A stretch of 64,000 nucleotides of DNA, taken from contig OZ243972.1 in the NCBI GenBank assembly GCA_965214705.1, forward strand, positions 512,001-576,000. The letters are read 5' to 3'. Both the position numbers and the translations under genes were made by a program. Below are positions 52,642 through 61,728 of the stretch, piece after piece (positions within the stretch are counted from its first letter, which is position 1; every line of letters begins with the position of its first letter). The notes beneath the pieces are model-generated. The model did not search any database. It was not told the DNA's origin and saw nothing but the letters and a program-made list of their open reading frames with translations. Source of the stretch: Alphaproteobacteria bacterium (lineage in GTDB: Bacteria > Pseudomonadota > Alphaproteobacteria > UBA828).

Positions 52642-54801
52642 CCCAAGTTGGCACTTTTTCCGACCAGCCGAGCCTGTTCGAGCCAGTTTTGCGGCGCTGA
52701 ACCACTAGATGTTGGGGTTGGAGGACACCTGAGACCCACATTTGCCATTCGTGGTCCTGGAAGCCAATTGTGGGGCCAGGACTTTGGAGTTGAGTCGATA
52801 TCCCTCTTGCCAGATGCCGCGAACGCCGTGTATGCGAAACAGGCATCGCAGAAACGGCGCCGCCATGTACATCAAGGCAACCAGGACACACACCGACAAG
52901 GCCGGCCAGCCGGTCCGAAGCCATCGCCTCGTGCTCGCCCAGCGCGTCGGCGACAAGGTGCGCCACAGGACGCTGCTCAATCTCGGCACCGACTATCCGG
53001 TGCCGCGCGAGAAGTGGAAGGCCGTCACCGAACTCGCCGAGGCGCTGCTTCACGGCAAGCCGCCGCTGTTCGAGGGCGAGGCGGATGTGCGGGCCGCAGC
53101 CGAGGACATCGTCGCCAAGCTCAGGGCCAGGGGGTTCCGCGTCGAGGCGATGCAGGAAGAGGCGCGCAAGCCCGACATCGCCACCGTCGACCTCGATACC
53201 CTGGAGCACGAGAACCCGCGCACGGTCGGCTGCGAGCGCCTGTGCCTCAAGGCCCTCGACGCCCTCGGCTTCGCCGAAATCCTCCACGGCCTCGACATCA
53301 AGGGCCGCGACGGGCGCATCGCCAGCGCGCTGATCGTCGCCAGGATGGTCCATCCCGCCAGCGAGCGTGATACCAGCCGCTGGCTCCGCCACGACAGCGC
53401 GGCCGCCGAGCTCCTGGGCCTGGAGGGCGACCGCAAGGCGCTGCGGCGCAAGACGCTCTACCGCATCGGCGACCTGCTCTGGCGCCACCGCGCCGCCATC
53501 CAGCGGGAGCTGTTCAACCGTGAGCGCGCACTGCTCGACCTGCCCGAGACGATCGCCTTCTACGATCTCACCAACGTCCACTACCACGGCCACACGGGCG
53601 GCGAGCTTCCCAGGTTCGGGCGCTCCAAGCAGAAGCGCGACGACTGTCCCCTCATCACGCTGGCGCTGGCGCTCGACGGCGCGGGCTTCCCGCGCAGTTG
53701 CGAGATCCTGCCGGGCAACGTGAGCGAGCCGGGCACGCTGCACGAGGCGCTGGCGCGGCTCGAGGCGGTGTGCGGCGGCACGGCGCCGAAGCCCACGGTG
53801 GTCATGGACGCGGGCATCGCCACCGAGAAAAACATCGCGTGGCTGGGCGAGCAGGGCTACGACTGGATCGCGGTCAGCCGCGGTGCCAGGCCTGCGCCGC
53901 CCGAGGGCGGACCCGAGGCCCTGCTGATCACCAGCGCGCGCCACGAGGTGCGGGCCTGGCGGCTTGCCAGCGAGGACGGCGAGGCGCGGCTCTACGTCGT
54001 CAGCGAGGGCAAGAAGAAGGCCGAGAACGCGATCATCGGCCTGAGGCGGAACCGCTTCGAGGCGGCGCTGGAAAGGCTCCACGGCGGCCTTGCGGTCAAG
54101 GGCCGCCTCAAGCGCTACGACAAGGTGCTGGAGAGCATAGGCCGCCTCAAGCAGCGCTTCTCCGCCGTCGCCAGGCACTACGAGATCACGGTCGAGAGGG
54201 CGAAAACCGGCCCCAATGCCACCGCCGTGCGCTTCAAGCGCAGGCCGCGATACGACGAGGCCGATGAGGGCGCCGGTGCCTATGTGCTGCGCACCAGCCA
54301 CGTCGACTGGGACATCGAGACGGTCCTGCGGACGTACTGGCGGATCACGGATATCGAGGCGACATTCCGGAGCCTGAAATCCGAGCTCGGCCTTCGCCCG
54401 ATCTGGCACCAGCTCGACCGGCGCATCGCGGCCCACCTGCTGATCGCCGTGCTGGCCTACCACGCCGTGCATCTGATCCGTACCCGGCTGGCCGCGCGCG
54501 GCATCCACAAGTGCTGGGCGTCGATCCGCGAGAGCATGCGGACCTGGGTGCGGATCACCACGCGCCTGCGCCAGACCGACGGCACCTTGATCGTCAACCG
54601 CCAGGACACGCGCCCGGCCGCCGAGGTTGCCGCAATCTCCTCGGCGGCGGGCGTGGACCCCGCCATCCACCGCACGAGGACCCGTCTGATGAGCTGACAG
54701 AATCTCACAAAATGTGGGGCCATGTTGGAATCGACCGAGAAAAATATCGCGTTGAATCAAACCAATAGGGAACACAGGCAGCGGAAAAGTGCCAACTTGG
54801 G
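52642..54801 (+). mobile_element. IS1634-family insertion sequence, type B
   Basis: 17-bp IR CCCAAGTTGGCACTTTT; 4-bp duplication TTGA (52638-52641, 54802-54805). Confidence 0.92.
52865..54697 (+). CDS. IS1634-family DDE transposase (diverged paralog)
   Basis: FYDLTN, FGRSKQKRDD, VMDAG, EATFRSLKSELGLRPIWH. Confidence 0.92.
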   Translation: MYIKATRTHTDKAGQPVRSHRLVLAQRVGDKVRHRTLLNLGTDYPVPREKWKAVTELAEALLHGKPPLFEGEADVRAAAEDIVAKLRARGFRVEAMQEEARKPDIATVDLDTLEHENPRTVGCERLCLKALDALGFAEILHGLDIKGRDGRIASALIVARMVHPASERDTSRWLRHDSAAAELLGLEGDRKALRRKTLYRIGDLLWRHRAAIQRELFNRERALLDLPETIAFYDLTNVHYHGHTGGELPRFGRSKQKRDDCPLITLALALDGAGFPRSCEILPGNVSEPGTLHEALARLEAVCGGTAPKPTVVMDAGIATEKNIAWLGEQGYDWIAVSRGARPAPPEGGPEALLITSARHEVRAWRLASEDGEARLYVVSEGKKKAENAIIGLRRNRFEAALERLHGGLAVKGRLKRYDKVLESIGRLKQRFSAVARHYEITVERAKTGPNATAVRFKRRPRYDEADEGAGAYVLRTSHVDWDIETVLRTYWRITDIEATFRSLKSELGLRPIWHQLDRRIAAHLLIAVLAYHAVHLIRTRLAARGIHKCWASIRESMRTWVRITTRLRQTDGTLIVNRQDTRPAAEVAAISSAAGVDPAIHRTRTRLMS

Positions 54802-55171
54802 TTGAGAGTTCGCGCTTCGCTGTGCAGCGCAAGTGCGGTGTCTCTCACCGGCGAGCAGCCGGCGTCGGTAGCGCGAGAGGATGCGACAATCGCGGCGGCC
54901 AGGGCCTCGACTTCCGCCCTCAGGGCAGGCTCGGCAGCCATGCGTGCGTCGACCCGTGCCCAGGCGTTCACGACCGTCTTGCGGTCGCGGTCGCCGAATT
55001 CGCGGCCGATCTGTGTCGGCGCGTGCTGCGTCAGCTCGCGGCAAAGCCACATGGCGATATGGCGCGGGGCAGACACGTCCCGTGTCTTGCGCGCAGAATC
55101 GAGATCGTTGACCGTTACGCCATAGTGCTCGGCTACCCGCGCCTTGATCGCGGCGATGATTGGCTGGCCGC

Positions 55172-55651
55172 TCATGCGGCGCCACGCCCAGGGCCGTTAC
55201 CACCGCGCGCCTTGCCCTTCTCCCGGTTGTTCATCGCCCGCAGGGCCCGGATGATCCGCTCCGCCTGGTGCTCGGTGACGAAGCGCAGCGCCGAGACCCT
55301 GAAGGTGCGCTCCAACCACCTGTTCAAGCCGCTTTCGCCGCCCTCCTCCGTGGCGTACGCACCCCACAGCTCGCGGATCAGCGTCACCTGGGCCGGCGTC
55401 GCCATGCCGTCCCGGTGCGTGTAGAAGGTCCTGGTGAAGTCGGAGCGGAAGCCCAGCGCCATCATCGCCTTCATGACGTACTCGAAGCCGGTCCGGTCCA
55501 GGTCCTTCGCGCTCTCCACGCCGGCCATCTTGCGCAGGATGAAGCGGTAGCGCTCGTCGCTGAGCCCGAGCTGCTTCCGGGCCACGTGGATCAGCGCGGT
55601 CTGCTTCCTGGTGAGCGCCCCGGATCGAGCGGCCTTCCGCCGCTCGCTCAT
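55172..55651 (-). CDS. Mu GemA / DUF1018-family regulatory protein
   Basis: LIHVARKQLGLSDERYRFIL...GVESAKDLD...GF, ATPAQVTLIRELW. Confidence 0.85.
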   Translation of the reverse strand: MSERRKAARSGALTRKQTALIHVARKQLGLSDERYRFILRKMAGVESAKDLDRTGFEYVMKAMMALGFRSDFTRTFYTHRDGMATPAQVTLIRELWGAYATEEGGESGLNRWLERTFRVSALRFVTEHQAERIIRALRAMNNREKGKARGGNGPGRGAA

Positions 55652-56385
55652 TCGGCTCCTCCGAAGATGCCGGCGGCCTGCTTCAGGTGGACGAACCTGA
55701 TGTCGCCATCGCCCGCCAGATCGCGCCCGACGTCCAGCAGCATTCCCGCTTGACGGAGACCCGACTTGCCTTCGTTCCATTTCTCCAGGAAGGCGATCGC
55801 CCTGGGCTCGTGCACACCGGCATGGCGCGCGAACGCGTCCAGGTCGGCCCCGGTCGATGCCTTGATGTAGAGCTTGGCTCCGATGCGCGAGGCCAGCTGA
55901 TCGAACGCAGCGGCGCGCACGGTGTTGAAGCGGCTGCCCAGGCTCGCGTTGCCGAGGAAGACCAGGGGAACCCCGGTTTCGTCGTGGATGCAGCGCAGCT
56001 GATCGATGTTCCGCGCGTTCAGGTGCTGCGCTTCGTCCACCAGAAGCACCGTCACGCGGTCGTCCGCGATCGCGTTGCAGATGACCTCGTGGAGCTCGAC
56101 GGTGCGGAAGGGCACCCTGCACGAATAGAAGGCCCCGCAGACCAGGCTCAGCATTCCCGCCATGGTGTCGTGCAGCGGGTCCATGACGCAGTAGCGCGCA
56201 CGCCCGACACGCCTCGCATAGTCCCGCGCCGCCGTCGTCTTGCCGACTCCGGGCTCGCCGACCACGCTGCCGATGCACCCCAGCCGCTGCGTAAACTCGA
56301 TCAGCCGCCGGATGTCGCCCACGGTCTGTGTCTCGCAGAGGGCAGGGCGCTCGTCGCTCTCGATCAGGTTCAGGGCTTCAGGCAT
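55648..56385 (-). CDS. MuB-like AAA+ transposition ATPase
   Basis: GEPGVGKT, LLVDEAQHL, LRCIHDETGVPLVFLGN, QLASRIG. Confidence 0.88.
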   Translation of the reverse strand: MPEALNLIESDERPALCETQTVGDIRRLIEFTQRLGCIGSVVGEPGVGKTTAARDYARRVGRARYCVMDPLHDTMAGMLSLVCGAFYSCRVPFRTVELHEVICNAIADDRVTVLLVDEAQHLNARNIDQLRCIHDETGVPLVFLGNASLGSRFNTVRAAAFDQLASRIGAKLYIKASTGADLDAFARHAGVHEPRAIAFLEKWNEGKSGLRQAGMLLDVGRDLAGDGDIRFVHLKQAAGIFGGAE

Positions 56386-57906
56386 GGAAGGACTCCGGGA
56401 TCGACCGTTGGCATGCGGCTGCCGGCGCGGACGCTCGGCAGGAGGCGTGCGCCCTCATCCGTTCGCCCTCCGCCGCTGCAGGAGGGCGTCGATGGCCCGA
56501 CGCCGATCGTCGCTCATGCCGCCGCTCTCGGCCGGCGCGGGACGATCCGGTGCCCGTTCACCACGCTTGGCGAGGGACTCGTCCTGCGCGTTGCGCGTTG
56601 CCTCCCGCCGGCGCTCCTCGCGGGCGGCCCTGGCGGACTCGAAGCTCTTGCGCCCGGCCGGCGTGCGCTTGGCTTCGCGGGCGATCTCCTCCAGGGTTTC
56701 GCCCATGCCGACAAGCGCACCGCGCTCCGGGATCGGGTTCGCCTCCGCCTCGGACACTGACGGAGCCATGAGCGCCTCCATGTCGACGTGCGGGGTCTCT
56801 TGCCGCAGGGTCTTCATCGCCGAGGTGGCCACGCGGCGGCGCCTGGCAGCCTCCCGCGCCCCGCGCGGATCGAGCGCGTCATAGGGTGTGTCGGCCTCCG
56901 CCATGCACAGGAACCCGCCACTTTCGTCGAGGACCGCGAGACGGTCCATGGGGCCGTACAGCGGAACGCGCACCTCCACCTTGCTGCGCGCCGGCACCGA
57001 CCAGAGGGCCTCTGCCGTGTAGATTGCGCCTGCCAACCTGAAACGTCCCTGCCAGAGCGTGCGCGTCGCCGGCCGGCTGAACACGACCCGGAGCACGTCG
57101 GGATCTATGTCCGTGCGCGTCCATCCGTCATCGACGACGGCGGCGGCAAAGGCCTCGTCGGGAGACCGGCCACGCAGGAAGCCCTCTTGCGGTTGCCGGT
57201 TGTACCAGGCCAGCCCCTCGGCGACTCTGCGGGCGAACGCCTCGTCGTCGAGCGGGTTCGGTTCCGGCGCGCGGCCCACGTTGGCCGTCTTCTTGCGCAT
57301 GCGGTTGCCGCCGATGTAACCGGGAAAGGTCGAGAACACGCCCCGGTCCAGGGCAGCGAACGCGCCTTCGATTGCCTTGGCGGCCGCGTTATAGGGCAGG
57401 GCCTTGATGACGGCGCTGGGACGCTCCCGGAAGCGGCTGGCAACCGCGTCGTCGTCGTCCAGATACCGCACCTTGCAGAGCTGCATGGCGTCGTCGACGA
57501 ATTCGCTCCAGTTGTACTCGCCGCCGTTGTCCAGATAGAGAAGCTCGGGCATTCCCCATCGCGGGTCGCTCACCATCTCAATGAAGGACTCGATGACGTG
57601 CTCCTGCCGTATGCCCTCGCCCTTGCGCGGGTGGACGACGGAGCCACAGATGCGGTTCGTTCCCCAGTCGATCCAGCCGATGAGCTTGGCCGTGCAGGGG
57701 CTGCCGTCCGCGCGGCGCCTGTGGATATCCATTACCTTCACGTCACCGATCACGGCCTTCATGGGCCGCCAGTCCTCCCGGCTGCGGAGGATGCGGGGCA
57801 TGCTCTCGTCGAACCAGCGCTTGTGGTCGTTCTCAAAGGTGTCGAGATGCCGCCTGGGCGCCGCGCGCTCCACTAGGCCGCGGCTTACCGTGCAGAGTCG
57901 CTTTAG

Positions 57907-59108
57907 GGAAAGTCTGAACAACCCCATCTTGGCGGCTTCGAGGGGGAGAGGGGGCTTGGATTTGAAGCTCGACGATATTGCCGGCAGGCCGGGGGCTGCT
58001 TTTGTCGCGGGATACGGAGCGAACGGGCGATATCCGCGTCGATCCGCCGCATTCCCCGTCGTCCCGCCGGCGGCGGGCGGACTGCTCCCCTGTCATTGCG
58101 TCGCGTAGCGGCCGGCGATCAGCAGGTTCGAGAACCCCAGCAGCAACGCGATGCGCTGCCTGTTCTTCGCCACGCCCCGGTAGCGCACCTTGGCGTAGCC
58201 GAAGTGCCGCTTCACGTACAGGAACGGATGCTCCACCTTCGCCCGCACCGACGCCTTGCGCGTCTCGGCCGCCGCTTCGGCGCCACCCCCGGCCAGCAGC
58301 CGGCGCCGCCCCGGCTTCATCGCCACACGCCACTCGACACCGCCATCCCGGTGCTCGGGACGCTTCTCCACCCCCTGGTAGCCCGCGTCGCCCCACGCCG
58401 TCGTCTCAGCGCCATGCAGCAGCGCTCCCGCCTGCGTCACGTCGCTTGCGTTGGCCGCCGTCGTCACCACGCTGTGTGCCAGACCCGACCCGGCGTCCAC
58501 CCCGATGTGCGCCTTCATCCCGAAATACCACTGCTTGCCCTTCCTCGTCTGACGCATCTCAGGGTCCCGTGCGCGGCGCCGGTTCTTCGTCGACGACGGC
58601 GCCTCGATGATGCTCGCGTCAACGATCGTCCCCGTGCGCAGCCAATGGCCGCGCGACGCCAGGTGCGCATTGATCTCCTCGAACAGACCCTCGCCCAGGC
58701 CGTGCTTCTCCAGAAGATGCCGGAAGTTCAGGATGGTGGTCTCGTCAGGCAACGCCTCCGCCAGCCGCAGCCCCACGAAACGCCGCACCGACTCCACCTC
58801 GTAGAGCAGGTCCTCCATCCCCGGATCGCTCAGGTTGTAGAACAGCTGCACGCAGTGAACGCGCAGCATCACCGCAAGCGGGTACGGGCGCCGACCGCGC
58901 CCCGCCTTCGGATAGAACGGCTCGATCCGCCGTTCCAGCCGCTCCCAGGGAACCAGCTTGTCCATCTTCTCCAGGAACAGCTCGCGCCGCGTCCGGCGCT
59001 TCTTCAAGTCGTGCTCCAGTTCCGAAAAGCTCGCCTGTGCCATGACCCGATCATCCAATCTGCGACTCCTACGAAAATCATGGCACACCCGACTTGATCA
59101 GACCTTCC
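57907..59108 (-). mobile_element. IS5-family (IS5 subgroup) insertion sequence, 1202 bp
   Basis: IRs GGAAAGTCTGAACAA / GGAAGGTCTGATCAA; duplication TTAG (57903-57906, 59109-59112). Confidence 0.93.
58093..59043 (-). CDS. IS5-family transposase
   Basis: KKRRTRRELFL, PDETTILNFRHLLE, VDASII, FGMKAHIGVD, RAKVEHPF. Confidence 0.95.
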   Translation of the reverse strand: MAQASFSELEHDLKKRRTRRELFLEKMDKLVPWERLERRIEPFYPKAGRGRRPYPLAVMLRVHCVQLFYNLSDPGMEDLLYEVESVRRFVGLRLAEALPDETTILNFRHLLEKHGLGEGLFEEINAHLASRGHWLRTGTIVDASIIEAPSSTKNRRRARDPEMRQTRKGKQWYFGMKAHIGVDAGSGLAHSVVTTAANASDVTQAGALLHGAETTAWGDAGYQGVEKRPEHRDGGVEWRVAMKPGRRRLLAGGGAEAAAETRKASVRAKVEHPFLYVKRHFGYAKVRYRGVAKNRQRIALLLGFSNLLIAGRYATQ

Positions 59109-59915
59109 TTAGCTGCCTCGTGCCGGGGTTGAAGCCTGCCTCCGCGGTCTTCTTCGCCAGCTCGGCGCTGACGGCGCGGGCTATGCGGCGCCAGCCCCAA
59201 TCCAAGCTCTCCGCGTAGATGGAGCCGGAAAGCTCAATTGCCCACGCTCGGAATGACGCCTTGACCTCGTCATCGAAGGGGACGGCGGCATCCCACGCAC
59301 GCGAGATAAAGACGCCGGGTCGCCCCCGGTTCGGCCGGCTCGCAGGAAGCAGGCCGGCCAGGTCCTCCCGTTCGTAACCGGCCAGCCAGCGCCGGACCGT
59401 GCGCGACGAGCATCCGGCGGAGCGTGCCGCAGCATCGACCGCCTTTGCACGTTCAGGCGAGCCGGGCGCGCACTGCAGGATCGGGCGAATGATCTCGTAA
59501 CGCTCGTGGGCCCTGGAGGTTCGCCAGCCCTTGTCGGCCAGGGCCGGCAGCGCTGCGGCGACAGTCCGAGGCGAATGACCTTGTGCCGAAGGCGCGCACG
59601 GGATGCGTGCCGGGAGAGCGGCGCCTCGATCGCTCGGCAGGGGCGCAGATGCAGGCGAAGGCTCCGGCAATGCCGGCGGCGCTGCGGTGGCTGCCTCGGC
59701 TGCCCGGAGAGCCTGTGCCAGCTCTTCCACACGATCCCTTGCACCCACCATGACCTTGCCGCCATTGCCGCCGGGCCCGCGTGACCAGCGCACGCCAAGC
59801 GGGATGCCGTGTAGCGGCTTTCCCTTCAGGTCGCAGCGGAAATAGTTTCTCGCCGTTCGGGTGGATACGCCCCAGATGCCAGCGGCGATCGACGAGGATA
59901 CCCACTCCGCCGGCA

Positions 59916-60173
59916 TCACGCGGCCTTGCCTGGCTCGTCCCCTGCCCGAGGCGCGGGGCGCGGGATGTCGGCGGGCCACTCAAGATCGGCGGGCCAGCGG
60001 GCGGAGATGCGTTGCACGATGCGCTCGGCCCGGCGCCCGGTGATATCGTGGCCGGCCACGAGGCGGGCGTACAGGTCGCCGCTGCCACTACAGCGCAACG
60101 ACATCGTCGACGGCGCGCAACCGGCTGCCTCCGCCGCGCGCTCGATAAGGACGATCAGGTGTCGGTGCCACAT
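59916..60173 (-). CDS. Cro/Ner-like small phage DNA-binding protein
   Basis: 85 aa, divergent from the repressor, WPADLEWPADIPRP tail, TGATG-coupled to the transposase. Confidence 0.7.
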   Translation of the reverse strand: MWHRHLIVLIERAAEAAGCAPSTMSLRCSGSGDLYARLVAGHDITGRRAERIVQRISARWPADLEWPADIPRPAPRAGDEPGKAA

Positions 60174-60184
60174 ATGACACGAAA

Positions 60185-60237
60185 TGCCATAACTAGCAAT
60201 TCATGTCAACCGTTGATGTGATGTGCTATTTCTAGCA
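60185..60237. promoter_or_regulatory. Two palindromic operators between the repressor and the cro-like gene
   Basis: TGCCA-TAAC-TAGCA (60185-60198) and TGCTA-TTTC-TAGCA (60224-60237), flanking a minus-strand TTGACA (60204-60209). Confidence 0.65.
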
Positions 60238-60242
60238 TCGTC

Positions 60243-61067
60243 ATGACTCGCGCCATGGAGAGACTCCAGGCCTCGATCCGGAAGGCTCTGGACGAGCGCC
60301 GCACCAACCCGTCCAGCGTCGCTCGCACCGCCGGCCTGCCGCAACGTGCGCTCTACAACGTGCTTCACGGTCACGTTCCGTCGCTGGATCGGGCTGCCGA
60401 AATCTGCGAAGCCCTCGGTCTCGAACTGTACGTTGGGCTCCCGCCTGAGTCGGAGGAGGCCCAGGTCAAGCGCTTCGTAGGCAGTGTCATTCGCCAGACG
60501 AGCGAAGCTGCCACTGTCGATGACCTGAGACGGGACTTGCGCGGGTTACTCTCCGGAATCGACGAATTGCGCGCAGACATAGCGGCGCTGAGAGGCGAGC
60601 CGGCGCTTTCCGTTCTGGAATGGTCCAGCGACGAGAGCTTGCCACGCGGGGCGCACCCCGTGGGAGTGGTCAAGCTCGCCGCAATGGCCGGGGGCGGGGT
60701 GGATCAGGCGAGTGAGGACGTTACCGGCTGCATCTGGTTTCGCCGAGACTGGCTGGAAAGCCACGGCCTCGATCCCGAGCGCTGCGCGGTCATCGGAGTC
60801 AGAAGCGACTCGATGGCGCCGACGTTGCCGGACGGTTGCTCGATCCTGGTCGATCGTTCGAGCGTCGAGTGGCGGCTAGAACATGTGTACGTGCTGCGCA
60901 CCGGCGACGGCCTCGTGGTGAAGCGTGCCGGTGCGCGGGAGGACGGCAGCCGCCTGTTGGTGTGCGACAATCCTGCGTCTGAGCCAGAGCCGTATCCCGA
61001 CGACGCGGACATCTTCGGCCAAATCGTCTGGGCCGGACGGGCGATCATGGAGGCCATCAGCGAATAA
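60243..61067 (+). CDS. CI-like repressor: HTH + peptidase S24
   Basis: N-terminal HTH (PSLDRAAEICEALGL), Ala-Gly site (AMAGGG), DSMAPTLPDG, VVKR. Confidence 0.88.
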   Translation: MTRAMERLQASIRKALDERRTNPSSVARTAGLPQRALYNVLHGHVPSLDRAAEICEALGLELYVGLPPESEEAQVKRFVGSVIRQTSEAATVDDLRRDLRGLLSGIDELRADIAALRGEPALSVLEWSSDESLPRGAHPVGVVKLAAMAGGGVDQASEDVTGCIWFRRDWLESHGLDPERCAVIGVRSDSMAPTLPDGCSILVDRSSVEWRLEHVYVLRTGDGLVVKRAGAREDGSRLLVCDNPASEPEPYPDDADIFGQIVWAGRAIMEAISE

Positions 61068-61149
61068 CGGGCTTGGTCTCGCTCCGTGGAGGCGGCCTGC
61101 TTAAGCTGGCTTGCGGGATCGAGGCGGACTGCAGACCGAGCGCCGTCTC

Positions 61150-61728
61150 TCACTCGAGAGAGGCTGTCGTGAACACCGCGCCGCCCAAGATCGAGCGCGT
61201 CGCCCCAGCACGCTGCATCGCCACCGCGAAGGGGTTGTCGCGGCAGGCATCCAGGATGATCAGACGAAGGCCCTTCGCCCGTTCCACGGCGCGGGAGAGC
61301 AGATCGAGCGGCACCGCCTCGAACTCCACGTCGGCATCGCTCAGGAGACGGGCGTCCACAGGGATCAGGAAGTTGCGCTTGTCCACCTCGATGCCGTGGC
61401 CCGCGTAGAACACCACCGCCATCTCCGAGGCGGATGCGGCGAGACTGAACTTCTGGAGACCGTCCCACAGCTCCACCCGGCTCGCGTTCGGGAGCTGAGT
61501 GACCGCGAAGCCGAGGCGCTCCAGGGAGGCACCGATGTCGGTCGCGTCGTTGAGGGGGTTCGCCAGCGACGGCGCATGGGCATACGACGCATTGCCGATC
61601 ACTAGCGCCACGCGCTGGCCGGCCGAGGCGGGTGCAGTGAGCGCACACATCAGCAGGATCGCAGAGGCGACAAGAATCGGCCAGGGGCTCCGCCCGTGGA
61701 CCCCGGAGGTAAAGAGGTAAGGACTCAT
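61150..61728 (-). pseudogene. Truncated caspase-like (peptidase C14) paralog
   Basis: Near copy of the caspase domain of 61725-63866 (YAGHG, LDACR); similarity stops near 61189. Confidence 0.8.

Larger units (their letters stand above)
52559..55175 (-). pseudogene. DnaA C-terminal (domain IV)-like HTH protein, split by IS1634 B
   Basis: VAEHYGVTVNDLDSARKTRDVSAPRHIAMWLCRELT...IGREFGDRDRKTV. Removing the IS restores ...RTLKERAARLVALANELIASTETGGSAPG* (stop at 52559). Confidence 0.8.
56455..59916 (-). pseudogene. MuA-like DDE transposase (~751 aa reconstructed), split by IS5
   Basis: N-part with HTHs (SSRTVRRWLAGYE); C-part IGDV...LYLDNGGEY...AKAIEGAF. Excising the IS5 gives in-frame RQLKRLCTVSR. 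Confidence 0.85.

Noticed and set aside
55648-59916. Tn7/CAST-type TnsB-TnsC system
   Set aside because: No TniQ/TnsD, TnsA or Cas genes; the GemA and cro/CI context points to Mu-like ancestry.
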